Position numbers and translations under genes: made by a program. A stretch of 61,974 bases of DNA, from positions 1-61,974 of the forward strand of contig JBHJGN010000058.1 of the NCBI GenBank assembly GCA_050331735.1. Reading direction: 5' to 3'. Source of the DNA: Cyanophyceae cyanobacterium. Its GTDB lineage: Bacteria; Cyanobacteriota; Cyanobacteriia; Cyanobacteriales; JBHJGN01. The notes under the pieces are model-generated. The model ran no database searches. It saw only the letters and a program-made list of their open reading frames with translations, and had not been told where the DNA came from. Shown here in pieces: positions 51,201 to 53,522 of the stretch; position 1 is the first letter of the stretch; each line of letters opens with the position of its first letter.

Positions 51201-53330
51201 GACCAGATCAAAGGCAACCTAATCCTTCACGGCAACGAACACGACAGCGGAGATGTGCTCAACGTCGACTCTAGCGGCAAAAATGCTGTCAATAGTTTAG
51301 TCGTCACCGAAAACACCATTACGGGACTTGCCGGGATGGCAGGAACCATTACCTACGATACCCTAGAGTTCATTAATATTTTGCTGGGCAATAGCAACAA
51401 CACCGTCAGCGTTGATTCCGATATTACCGCTCAGGTAACGGTTGATTCAGGAGACGGTCAGAATACGATTCTGTTAGACTACTCCGATGCCACTGAAGCT
51501 TTCGAGCTAGCGCTCGCCAATAATCAAGTGAGCGGCTTCAAGACCTCCGGCAGCCTTAAGTTCAGCGATTTTGATGCCATCGACCTCTATTTAGGCAGCG
51601 GCGACGATACCTTTACCGTCAAAGATACTAGCTTTACTGTCGATTTGTTGGTTAACTCCGGTTCCGGTAGCGATACGCTATTCCTTGATTTCCAATTACA
51701 CCCCACTCCCTATCAAGAGGCCGTTCAAATTACCGATAGTCACGTCTTCGGCTTCGGGCTGGACAGTCGCTTCCACTATGCGGATATGGAGCACATCGAC
51801 GTTCAGCTTGGAGCTGCCGATGATACGATCGAACTGAACAATCAATACAATGGCGAGTTAAGCTTCGACTCTGGGGCAGGGAATGACCGCATTAACTTTG
51901 TGGCGGAGGCTGATACCGGCACAAGTTTAATCTCCACCGGGACCGGAAACGATACGATAGAAGTCGAAGCGATCGCGACTGACACGACCGTTTCAGGTGG
52001 TGAGGACAACGATATCGTTCGCGTTAGTAATCAAGCTCAAACACTAACAGATATCCAAGCCAGCTTATTCGTTAGCGGTGATGACGGAGAGGATCTTCTT
52101 GATATTGTTAACTCTGGCGACACAACGAATAACAGTGCAACCTTAACCGATACCCAACTGAGAGGTTTGGGAACAAAAGAGGGCCTTGTTTACAGTGATT
52201 TTGAAGATCTAGATATTCAACTGGGTGCGGGTAATGATACTTTCACCGTCGAAAATACTCATCAGCAAAAGACTTATGTTCACACCGGCTTAGGTGATGA
52301 TACCGTTAACGCCCAAAGGATTGCTGGAGAAACAAGCATTAAACTATCGACTGGAGATGATAGCGTCACCATCAGTAATCTCAATCAGCAAACTGATGAG
52401 ATTTTGGCCTCTCTGCTCATTTCCGGCGGTGTTGGCAACGATCGTCTCAAGGTAGATGACTCCGGCGATACTCAGAACAATACCGCGATGGTCTACGATA
52501 CCCTGATTACGGGTCTGGGGATGAATGGAGAAATTGACTACGGTAGCTTTGAGGATTTAGACATTCAGCTCGGCTCTGGTCACGATATCCTGACTGTAGA
52601 AAACACTCATCAGCAACGGACCTCCATCAATACCCGGATGGGAAATGATACTGTCAATTTAGAAGGGATTGCCGCAGAAACGCACCTTGAACTAGGAGAT
52701 GGCGATGACACTGCCAACGTCGGAAACCTTGACCAAAAAGTGGAGGAGATTTTAGCCACGCTCGTCATTGCGGGTGGGTCAGGAGAGGATCGGCTCCGCG
52801 TAGATGATTCCGGCGATACTCAAGACAATACCGCGATGGTCTACGATACCCTGATTACGGGACTAGGGATGAGCGGAGAAATCGACTACGGTAGCTTTGA
52901 GGACTTAGATCTTCATCTCGGTTCTGGGAGCGATATTCTAACGGTCGCCAGTACTCATCAGCAAAGAACTTATATTCATGCCGGGTGGGGCAACGACATC
53001 GTTAACGCAGAAAGGATTGCCGGAGAAACCAGTATCAAGCTGTCGGCTGGGGATGACACGGCCAACGTCGGAAACCTTGACCAAAAAGTGAAGGAGATTT
53101 TAGCCGCTCTTATCATTGCGGGTGGGGTAGGAGAGGATCGGCTCCGCGTAGATAATTCCGGCGATACACAAGACAATACCGCTACGGTCTACGATACCCT
53201 CATTACCGGCCTGGGGATGAACGGAGAAATCGACTACGGTAGCTTTGAGGATCTAGACATTCAGCTCGGCTCTGGGAGCGATATTTTGACGGTTGAAAGT
53301 ACTCATACTGATAAAACAGAGGAGCGATGA
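24270..53330 (+). CDS. Giant (9686 aa) acidic repetitive surface protein/adhesin: DUF4347, beta-rich repeats, RTX nonamers, beta/gamma-crystallin
   Basis: Uninterrupted 29-kb ORF. DUF4347 at about 24627-25110 (FIDSR...VISHG...YGCDIA...GGDWSLE); GGxGxD repeats at about 38500-38790; crystallin-like segment at about 46914-47165. No Sec signal peptide is apparent. Confidence 0.92.
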   Translation: MDINQEDWGLNLQEQPLLSNPLTVQDSLSALGLPKTVTGAMDFPDAELSNSFLKIVDGIEDNPAINVDSGWLFEQQLGHEILAENLAEVVVGIQAEDSLVNPGAIAYEDKRQGADSGNIQLVFIDSRIARYETLLAEAAPHAEVWLLDANRDGVEQISETLAQRKDIAAVHVISHGSEASVQLGSSTLNLETLSGYADMLRQWGKAFTADADLLFYGCDIAAGETGKALVQQLSQLTQADVAASDDLTGHTALGGDWSLEYAVGAIAADSLTSQYEGVLLDQLTLDELYSAWQNDDLPSLEAIELRFDDATLIQGELSIAVNNSNELQLTGTSLTGFVGQGMESTATDDDVGLNFTNADASITFSADGSIAYEFSGAVALTGIENVSLQASTATATSSSNGTLVSLSDVQLGISDAAHIQVANLLYSAQNDQISLEADEINAFVGAGAATDSTDDDQGIRVTDAGFSLTINADRTYTFDLSPAANTSLELVNLPSDLQALIVAAGGAGWAFSGGSDTQTFTFNEVDLTLGQVGQLRGDFRLTVSKDSDGFELTLQGENIDVFLGQGGETANSLDDAGLFISNAAVNLALGQQTYSYSISQGSVALEGIEGVVVEADGVTATGDADDATVSLTGVTLNLGSARLQGEQLDFTTTQTGDGLAVGFNAEELSAFVGSGTDTDTLEDDLGLAIANANLALNVGADRSYDYSLSAAAAELRGLGAIDLIGSSISASGNNSTTTVDVGTFGLTVGETANLTGNGLRFTADSDNLLFGATGVNAFLGSGYGTADVLGVELSGASLGLALYGYGNAKPKYALKAAGNAALLGVQDLSLAGSLELAVNATGEAVQEEIALQNGDILDLTLADGGVEIPRLAGSVDLAIADFAELSGEFAIEQAIIENGGQQQSQLLIGASNVEAWVGDKGNDIGVKLSDGELGLYVESGADDHYALSASGTASVRGIAGVNLSGSIELELNRLGREIAQTIVTPTSQVDLSYSAAEGEHQKITGEWELGLAEFAEVSGEFGIEQTADALHIGGRNVEAFVGEDAGLQIDDADLGLILYTAPDAGYALQGRGQASLIGMNDVTLEGDVELAINRSSRAVNEIVAMPGEDLPVEFDSGVNLTQVRGIANIDIAGFVSLNGAMFLEKQTQTSDDLTTTDFLLGITDGTAFVGSDQGSAQAIGVELNESQLGLILSQTHNETTQERTQGFALQGSGAAGLIGVEELAISGTLDVAINRLGEAVNTTINTPQSSITVDFADGSEVTALSGEATLDLGGVVQASGDFGLQKTVTTAENLSETKLLVGLANARTFIGAEGGTDAASGIELRDGELGLVIYGESDRTTGTTQSSYATTASGTAALVGVDELSLDGSLTVFINETGASVNETIAVGTDNTVEVVFDDSQGNQRRVEGTVSGEAAGAIAFGGDYSMEWFTEQTPGALNLSSTLSDQELTFTQYDTTFSEPLYHSLRQILADEKARLEAEHLTVNSLSATVDGGAFNEDFVDTERDWLTFQQPHGWSTGQQLVYSVDADGTAIGGLETGREYRVQVINDQRLQLVDATESVVDLTSDGSGTHRLQTVLDFNATNQIAVDLDQDQIFFSQPHGLSNMSRVQYDAGQNAPIGGLENGTQYTVEVLDETTVKLRTLNGSAVVDLTADSQGEHRLHGVLSFPTENEPGSSVSVDTDTIAFESKHYLQTGDRIQYYDPSTGDPVGGTFDALSGSYDVFPFTVIRISDTEIALARSRDDALAGTALDLTSSGSGTQTITLIERSNGARDHLVFHPASSIQSVTDGKISLNYTHGFRTGQRVSLQLDSTAATPKSPLDGIAANKYDSRPQVYEPTEANSYVVKVLSSKSFRLAETAEDLANGNYVDVAKLSGGSRYRFMPTWHFGNQAGLTRVDVQNDAIVFESSHGLADGAQVRYDLDANQRAIAGLEADETYTVKRLSDTQIQLTAAPGGAAIDLTAAGIGTHRFLKLGLSFVPENQIQVDVGGNAIILPEANQFRVGESIQYRAADEPIGGLVDGGTYVVASVSGRRLQLADEGGSVIALSAAGGPGSHQFVKAGIEFNATNDIAQQRREAAVSLANRLSHDLGIAVTLTAGDATSTNDPTATDAEIAAHRQVSVRDIALDYDEEQTEKTKLLGGITNGYAFMGSGFGTEAETGVKVENVNLGLALFKTVDYTKPLNAQGTMTYALLGEGDGSVVGLPNLTLDGSLKVEVNRTQETVQETITTPGGTVELSFSDSADLTRMTGSADLNIANTLSLSGQFGIEQAEEKLLLGATDVTAFVGTGYNTSAELGVKLSEGYLGMVLPDANDSEPTYALEVGGTAALVGVPDVTLTGDLKARINRTGAAVDETLTLSSEQTVNLAFSAEEGQLTAVEGTAAFSLAGVVDLTTQVALDFGEIDDSGQRAIAVQAQDIDLFVGTGADTPDSNDDVGARLSNGILNLILNPDRTYRYTIDDADVELVGIDLLSFSGKIGAVGDQDSLELQLSDLELTIGELGSLSGDFTFNVNEDDTIDFTATDASAFVGLGLDTPDDPSDDRGLRLSQAAVDLTLQPNGTYTYTLTNAQAQLQGIEGAAFSGTIDATGNQDQIDVTLAEMTLQLTDYARISGDFDFSVDQEQTTINLGGQNIAAQLGLGANTDLPDDDLGVQLSNASFALTLDSDSYRYTLTDADATFLGLDIQMAAQLSASGDNSGVEVLLNDASLAISDYVQLSGNLALQFSEENDAQLLEFVANDAAAFVGSGASTATTDDDIGVQLSEVNGAVRFFSGAAESETAYTLSGNVALVGVSGLTLSGAVEAQFNSTDTELLVGGISVAAEANFIQGNGIELAIADLTTLSGDLSLQLREADGALLAAGQNLSATVSLTDGMSGSLTNGSLGLVLLNDGSYALQGSGTANVDVAGLAFTGELALEVNTTGQKISETIAINNQVQVVEFTTSDDVSRFNATNLDVVLTDALRDALLAGAEELIDIQTSLVPTYDDEGNLISDSPLATTLPGTDTTLDGFLGISTYFALGESIKEYVDEDDDSTTETLRGLIQYLQTDWVSTLPIADGLDFILGETGFSLSYAAENRYEKTIGFALPEAAAQFGLELRGETNLTVGVDLGIDFDLSFDWSDFSTDFTLNDLSFNANATADDIVLGAYFGPLEMSIGSHDPGKEKGEVSLNLGGSISYVNQEFAVDTSNNRIDAMLPFYASLAGNDLSAGGTPKVYLNGELFGGDGVSFRHENFDQLLNFRNFGVGSIISMLRDTVTWAEDYRNYEVMQTSLPFVDLQLGDVLDFASAINDNVLEKIDIYQPRVDLFAGSGASVTEGVLTVPSGGLTDDFSGKYITFDSGDTYEIGSVIDANTLKLPEAGNLTFSDRSFVIHEQRELIRSYQELVVAINSSGVLPSGVSLTYDPVQNELVLPFSFEKTMPVFNDVALDFGFDLGELSLSTDSRAALQAAVSGRLDLVIDFDGPNNNGGISLYIDNAELNGEAQFTVADLTVAAALGFVGLTAGGAGSGSGVSLNAAVSAGLDRNPDEELPGDRRFSFTDLLDGELYDAFNIQFNGSAAATLKGLSVNGGFGDINIAPSAELGVYVPNLSTLSAAPQIVYQDPTQAFDLDAQLASNAVTDQGAIVVLPDVSSLLDLKDLSFLDIIRGIRAGIDFLDESLADTSFYTTELPIINQSLEEQFTFLDDLAAQLEAAAENPAGVLQEVETLIEKALGLEDNNTLAADKQMFSLSLNGDYLDIHLGWQALFSDSFAFALDLATLKELSGNVGAAALDGIDTLADLNGGGSLLLEAIAQLNFDVAVDLSSLTQGDIPDIVLRDYDATTGKGTHAQVGVRLRGENLDLGFKVGPMDIGVIGGSVILDGDGQKNTQDYAGVLVALDQKPGASAVVDDGLFYIASESVGDNLQTKITGGFDVNLPVNLNVAGLGIDLGAIEVKTNPVYGDQGVAQLFKHLTGSPTAGSEDPLVMSFPDIKGKFAELGGQFSLLALINDPSFILDGVDLAVGTLQDVLDSNLSQNLPLVGDTLGEAASFLREMRYGILADLREKLSGDGKAIAYLQETLWNILGPSNLDLLLDLNQDGQLTIDDVQVGWYDAAGQWMQNWAVGGGLPTDADAIQFNMQLGGNIFGTGIDIPLALDVPGFSLNVDGGFALDIDWSFDFGFGLSLQDTFYLTAAQDAADPELELNVDVFLDGDPEDPNVTTPFAADGSLLFFKAQLEDNTPKGRASGVYGGLSLDLVGNERDRLTLERLLSGSLGEVFAVDFGVDAEVDLGMTLELDGVNGLPRLGGDLEIDWDWSVGQELTAPSIGITDFRVDLGSFVTDFLTPIASNVHDVLKPMEPLIDVLTKEVPGLDIMLSDNTLKGLINAIMELKGRSPIDWSFLEEAKQMLALVDQIATLNAGDWLMLGDITGFGTSDLSATQAEPANNASLQELDSFFEQNTRQSSHSVKKGTTPRSGFKMLEYIKDISNWTALLSGGDATLFTYEMPLLEFRAEFEVLLASIGILPRIASFDVFANGSFGATADLGFGYDTFGIRKSIETSNPLYALDGFFISDFDTAGNEKDEFYLDGDLGLRGQLTFGPIAAGLQGGIEAYFGVDMQDIEKSILVKDDAGYVVDQIWESDGRIRGSELATMWGYQDGGIANLFNITGDVDFVASAFVDLDLKIKTVNLFEQELFRADLLSLNYDAPKVQPLLGRVENGTLYLHSGSRAGDRIYNTDDGGEQFFFYGENGTVYVEYDNYYQEYTGVSKIIADGGAGDDFFDASRLRGVAVEITGGAGNDTLIAGTGGGILDGGAGEDNLTGGSGADMLYGGSEEDTLSGGLGDDTLEGGLGVDRLSGEAGDDTYVFGDNFNVDRLSDREGNNTFDFSTTTDDLGVTINRSGIEVQLNNGLSEVKSRGLSVNTVILGTGNDEVVVTNFAAGTLNLGDAGGNDTYRVRLGQAVGSQANGIVNLDDAAGDFDQAILEQTMREAIALNEQQVQNGREIFNYTDGLERLTVLGKAAQFNDADGVLDFGAPVSFTTNNTVQTRQTELRAIGSAIDLGSQINAGAIILDSLADLQVTQTLNANSNRYIDLRTYGDGSNIELAADLKVSSGGSEDGLGSGWIRLTAPDGSILNTNGSRIVGTDSHLIVKAKDAIGTVDAALLTEVAELTAATALSGEGNVVITEANDLNLVMNGDELNQVKNSDKEAFQNPGLLLPDVEITPEWMAEQDWVTQLSEDWREQILDGNDLYAIANGSGHLTLSLAEQDALLILESGSITGRHEEANLTLRADDMNFRTGADQVNGIGNLFLEANQLVWDYRLGGAAENSAGQDLNEVGIDNADVMELSSLDLAAIHNSFNAVTIGRRDAGNTMTLGDILYGETGKMVAEPRNSQAYQPEFRNSTTLLSDRLDVEGDVRATNESLAVEARLVNVNSQNLHNPNGLPDSGITAGNLQLLVDEQMVVGGWLRATENLSIQIQETSGSDVLVSFAGEGANSLKTDIGSEIAVTEAGGVIDIDTIASAKIAGLVEAKGAGSTADIYATTVLNLMEGAVVAARDDEGQIRLEAGEVVLTDSGSAVTAGARFEDINGKPTAVKTGEGADARILSPHELVIKGTVTTSDEMVLAAGAPLNSYVDSYFNQLPTDANGNDHYLKHIGEDQFSILMAGTLTSLADDTELAIAAQDDIIIRGNIDVLGANSNLTVGSEGWVYVESFLTAQNNISIAGGFDAESTSTNGANSDGSSVYVHGTARLNSKQAGSQIRIEGAQDVDLLGTVVAGGDVGETGVTWTGSGAEVFVKAGQQVYLDTGLLGSQSVTVEGGTAAVDDRGLGVLVTPAGGATAGGTSGTGTVRISSASSIEMMGTLVSGGTLRQEFDEDGNLINQTVDWSGGDGLIRVEAEGQAMIGGNTTNRQGEAIETGGYLFASDRIEVVGGEHESGTGVYVQGASELVAHQAHGSIFIDAAQDADIQGLLLPGGEVTQVRDEQGTYIGRTSEHFNGNSTIRIEADHQIRIGQELRAGKQIDLIGGIDPVEANETYSGRGIVLYGSTQLETWQENSQINLNAPGRLDILAPAHTNEIAAAGFVEKATGQLAQDVTLQLRVHRGDETLEANVTVSASDTADNETITDLMADLETALKIANWKIAESNQVFTPVDELNWKVKLCNGNFLLTSAYEFALVQAGSQNAHLLGFTNLTADIDSSLPYTISAKEAGSVVSIGAPAGPNGKLYIAGQVLAHDTINLYSGTSPDGIDIELDATGLLETINGSIAMNVGKFGIVKGDIVAGGAGSDIALSAENTLELYGSLTANDEVRLTAGTTITPGETSIATYGTSIINGRSATITGLNDVQIDSTIGGEGKTLETVDIASTTGTLTVSRSSGRIVSNANIALTGEDVEMLGVLFQGTADSDSTTKEVTLQGTNAVTVAGDLTSQGSVLLEAGNEVNVYNGQILVEGAGETLAILQTNTDGTIAFGKLVEVDGKLTQQGAVLSALDGVTITGQAVTIGAGVAVSSQNSNSELQITAESLRLAGSLAAGNRTVDDNTWAGENAQVNIAATDAVIVGGLGADEDGKLVNRGGSIQATEAVAIDAGSIDISRESLMTTKNASGQIDINVLCDATLRGAIGSIQENLTDTVDITAGGLILVDGTVKGQSRVTLDGGSDAGLGVLVNALRFQDSNGRYVNGSNYLINASGEYVDAAGNLLAAGSAPVAYTGSPADLQRISGGSIETAGTVSIIDIRADGAISLQGNVGALDLENGELLASTGSITVDSSSDVTVYDGRLGAQTNINISAQNLSLFGEGWLKTTHADGTVKLRANEQVSVLRHAFSLPRAAVETAGLLDIAATDILVDGFLSGGNNSRILLNAADAVEITGRLDSAQDIDVRAGVDLNWNEAKLLGELTRADLTDGTITISAAGLLDTVGDVALLAGGDVTLQAGASLQDGTKAASFSSLRQTAITVPVVTGTFEVEDGTRQVEVVTYIDTVSTEQVGFDEVRIGTENFTMDVKLTQDAYYSGATGDIKEWFVHRVDYNLGDINWSGVETPSADHSFNELNDAQQAKVLASLGYEKLYDFSFNNAEVNRTLNGNPTTNTVYWKLEEATESVEEETVELTVYVNQDGTEKDTFVKGIDYTIDSIAWGTAGTPRADHTFAELTGAQQQAVLEQLGYEETVREVTQTKQIVGGQDYKQGFVNGIDYTEDKINWDGVGTPANNHKFENLTPEQKEAVAKSLGYASSYSFIVETFSNPLTGESQQSFNNGIDYNINQINWTVAEPVAGDSFASLSADQKALVIAHLGYIPASNLTATQKADVNSRFGITLNAGDYWNPTSYQVKQSFVTGTDYAISDITWDVAAPEPGHKFEDLNSAQKDRILKHLGYFNRSYQKAADAAETEVVKVNIDGWGDKYIRMPQGMEADVLSVLRVVSQGEAKTWQERVGEYWDEAEVFYTQTHSAHTEYTFTHDETGKPATVTDNDGRAALWNVSYISSTGERYYDLIDRSNNAFHNYDPEWSPMTKDTIRDAPIRATQAPSLYFSTTDSLVNEQLENTDSKAVGTNPVGSSRDEWRTSEPSVAYYKSLAGSNRYVRLSEKDNYGGETDTFGRGEYSNLETHNNNKASDDYSAVDVNHGMRAILYDNTSFGGSSIIIDSDIGKLSDRGWNDRASSLRVEENFRIWSATTIYEDFKDYAYSWKSVDNDIYDTRLTLDYQWVSNAQDIFDQRPRYETVEGLVKVVDFKTETLFRTETITQDQLFWRTERQTGEEKAFGGFSGDSIQASNITIDAGNDVTISAQLSAQGNDSAIAINAVGTAHIKGQLPEGSDADEVLAAPALLTAQSNITVQANQITVSDASELTVTDSNGRVTLTSASNLAFGGITTAGELTNTGTGQVQLSAATNIDLNGKLNASATVAVNAGTSGIGSIEGSAVTELLTADSGTIRLAAGANDGNITLPGASLQGGTVALIADAGSISNYDRTSDADGNLSEVLDGQIVGDAVTLQAQERIDANVRADELSATSDAAIDLSLDDAETSTVVTASAADLNLTALGDITVNNIAATNAAVLALLQGDLTFAANGKLAAATQVNLNVQGDIIDSAGSSQLTTDFLELLAAGDAAINTTINSLKIESVGAGQVEIANTGELTLVESALSGGDFVLSTTGNLAVDTVQQTADREEGQSIALTAGGHITFDLIDAGQYYGNLNLTAGGAIAAGAVGDRQVDLRSNTLSLEANALTALETNVARVESAVVATGDINLHNWFEDLLNEHQRAVEINRIEATAGNIFFESGGTIQTTTALTAGGGTIDITSRGDSIKVDVVTDEQNNVIDDTISSQSLALRGTGQLVTDRRVILDADEITLGYGETGVLQGAVSLPNINTKDLDLELGSGSIIVSPETFGNSVEQLDRVNLVARGNQVVVRDRLNFREYVDFNSGEVYYYSLAEDKNLHDSEAIVKDQYYKDVRGTLEPVNPSGLQLVEARELVGYYRYREVNRGETYYLDQPDTEAARIFAYGDSTLQELDDTAKAALVLAPVLKVMSYQEREAQSGRYVFIGSDGREYYKDRPDSSEVYTRQNAEGKYLYAVLEDGNPNQIPVYKVVASDEADYEVFATTNADQYTEAEINFVEVTNPVELEAKLVEELAGGIQLGESAGELKQDRQGLTVGAQTLVLSAQRDLGDITSFADLAGSSVTIASGGSLHFKDAPQEATDLTIASMGYFDSAGQFTGGRITSDITLAAQDLSLSAVEGFDVSTDVDVLTAKILNTGDMSVREADGVKLQDISVADGSFELVSESGIVELGNVVGTSATITAQQLNGINLDEIPELTAQSLTVNVSDGIGSANAPLETSVETLKVTAGDSVNLSNYGAMSVNGISSGADIQLETHSPLTVAEDISSGGTITLRANESAAPDSDRLTIETGVTIQSSDRRITLEAGDDIVVETGATIDAGSSDIEIRGDYQNEEDSSGSTMTLAGTFNSDRISIAGGQDEDIINLSGSFNTATTEISTGKSDDTINLSDDNQTVDQIKGNLILHGNEHDSGDVLNVDSSGKNAVNSLVVTENTITGLAGMAGTITYDTLEFINILLGNSNNTVSVDSDITAQVTVDSGDGQNTILLDYSDATEAFELALANNQVSGFKTSGSLKFSDFDAIDLYLGSGDDTFTVKDTSFTVDLLVNSGSGSDTLFLDFQLHPTPYQEAVQITDSHVFGFGLDSRFHYADMEHIDVQLGAADDTIELNNQYNGELSFDSGAGNDRINFVAEADTGTSLISTGTGNDTIEVEAIATDTTVSGGEDNDIVRVSNQAQTLTDIQASLFVSGDDGEDLLDIVNSGDTTNNSATLTDTQLRGLGTKEGLVYSDFEDLDIQLGAGNDTFTVENTHQQKTYVHTGLGDDTVNAQRIAGETSIKLSTGDDSVTISNLNQQTDEILASLLISGGVGNDRLKVDDSGDTQNNTAMVYDTLITGLGMNGEIDYGSFEDLDIQLGSGHDILTVENTHQQRTSINTRMGNDTVNLEGIAAETHLELGDGDDTANVGNLDQKVEEILATLVIAGGSGEDRLRVDDSGDTQDNTAMVYDTLITGLGMSGEIDYGSFEDLDLHLGSGSDILTVASTHQQRTYIHAGWGNDIVNAERIAGETSIKLSAGDDTANVGNLDQKVKEILAALIIAGGVGEDRLRVDNSGDTQDNTATVYDTLITGLGMNGEIDYGSFEDLDIQLGSGSDILTVESTHTDKTEER
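28760..30460 (+). repeat. Six ~85-100 aa beta-domain repeats inside the giant protein
   Basis: Consensus approximately D.I.F...HG..G..V.Y....IGGL..G..Y.V......L......DLT..G.G.H, seen six times. Confidence 0.8.
38500..38790 (+). repeat. RTX/haemolysin-type Ca-binding nonamers
   Basis: GGAGDD, GGAGND, GGAGED, GGSGAD, GGSEED, GGLGDD, GGLGVD, GEAGDD. Confidence 0.88.
45240..46305 (+). repeat. Five ~45-aa F..G.DY....I.W....P...H.F..L...Q...V...LGY repeats
   Basis: Five copies can be read in the translation, from WFVHRVDY...LGY to SFVTGTDY...LGY. Confidence 0.85.
52113..53330 (+). repeat. 348-bp (116-aa) tandem repeats at the 3' end of the giant gene
   Basis: The anchor TC(C/T)GGCGA(T/C)AC occurs at 52113, 52461, 52809 and 53157. 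The last copies are highly similar at DNA level and the final one is incomplete. Confidence 0.9.
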
Positions 53331-53522
53331 GCTCCTGTTACTCGTTACCGATAGATGCCCAGGAATCGGTCATCGGTAGCGATCGCAGCATCAGCTCACT
53401 GTTTGTGCTGCTCAATTTTTGTTGTCAATCAACAAACTTACAATACTACCTAACCGATAACAAAAAACTGATTATCAATTGAAAAACTTGTACAATTGTG
53501 CTTGCTCATCGTTTTGGGAAAC

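Noticed and set aside
25218..53176. Dozens of 60-200 aa antisense or alternative-frame ORFs within the giant gene
   Set aside because: They are shadow ORFs caused by codon bias of the sense gene. They are Ser/Pro/Arg-rich and show no recognisable motifs.
52113..53330. Near-identical repeats as a DGR template/variable pair
   Set aside because: They are in-frame tandem coding repeats, the differences are not confined to adenines, and no reverse transcriptase is in the window.
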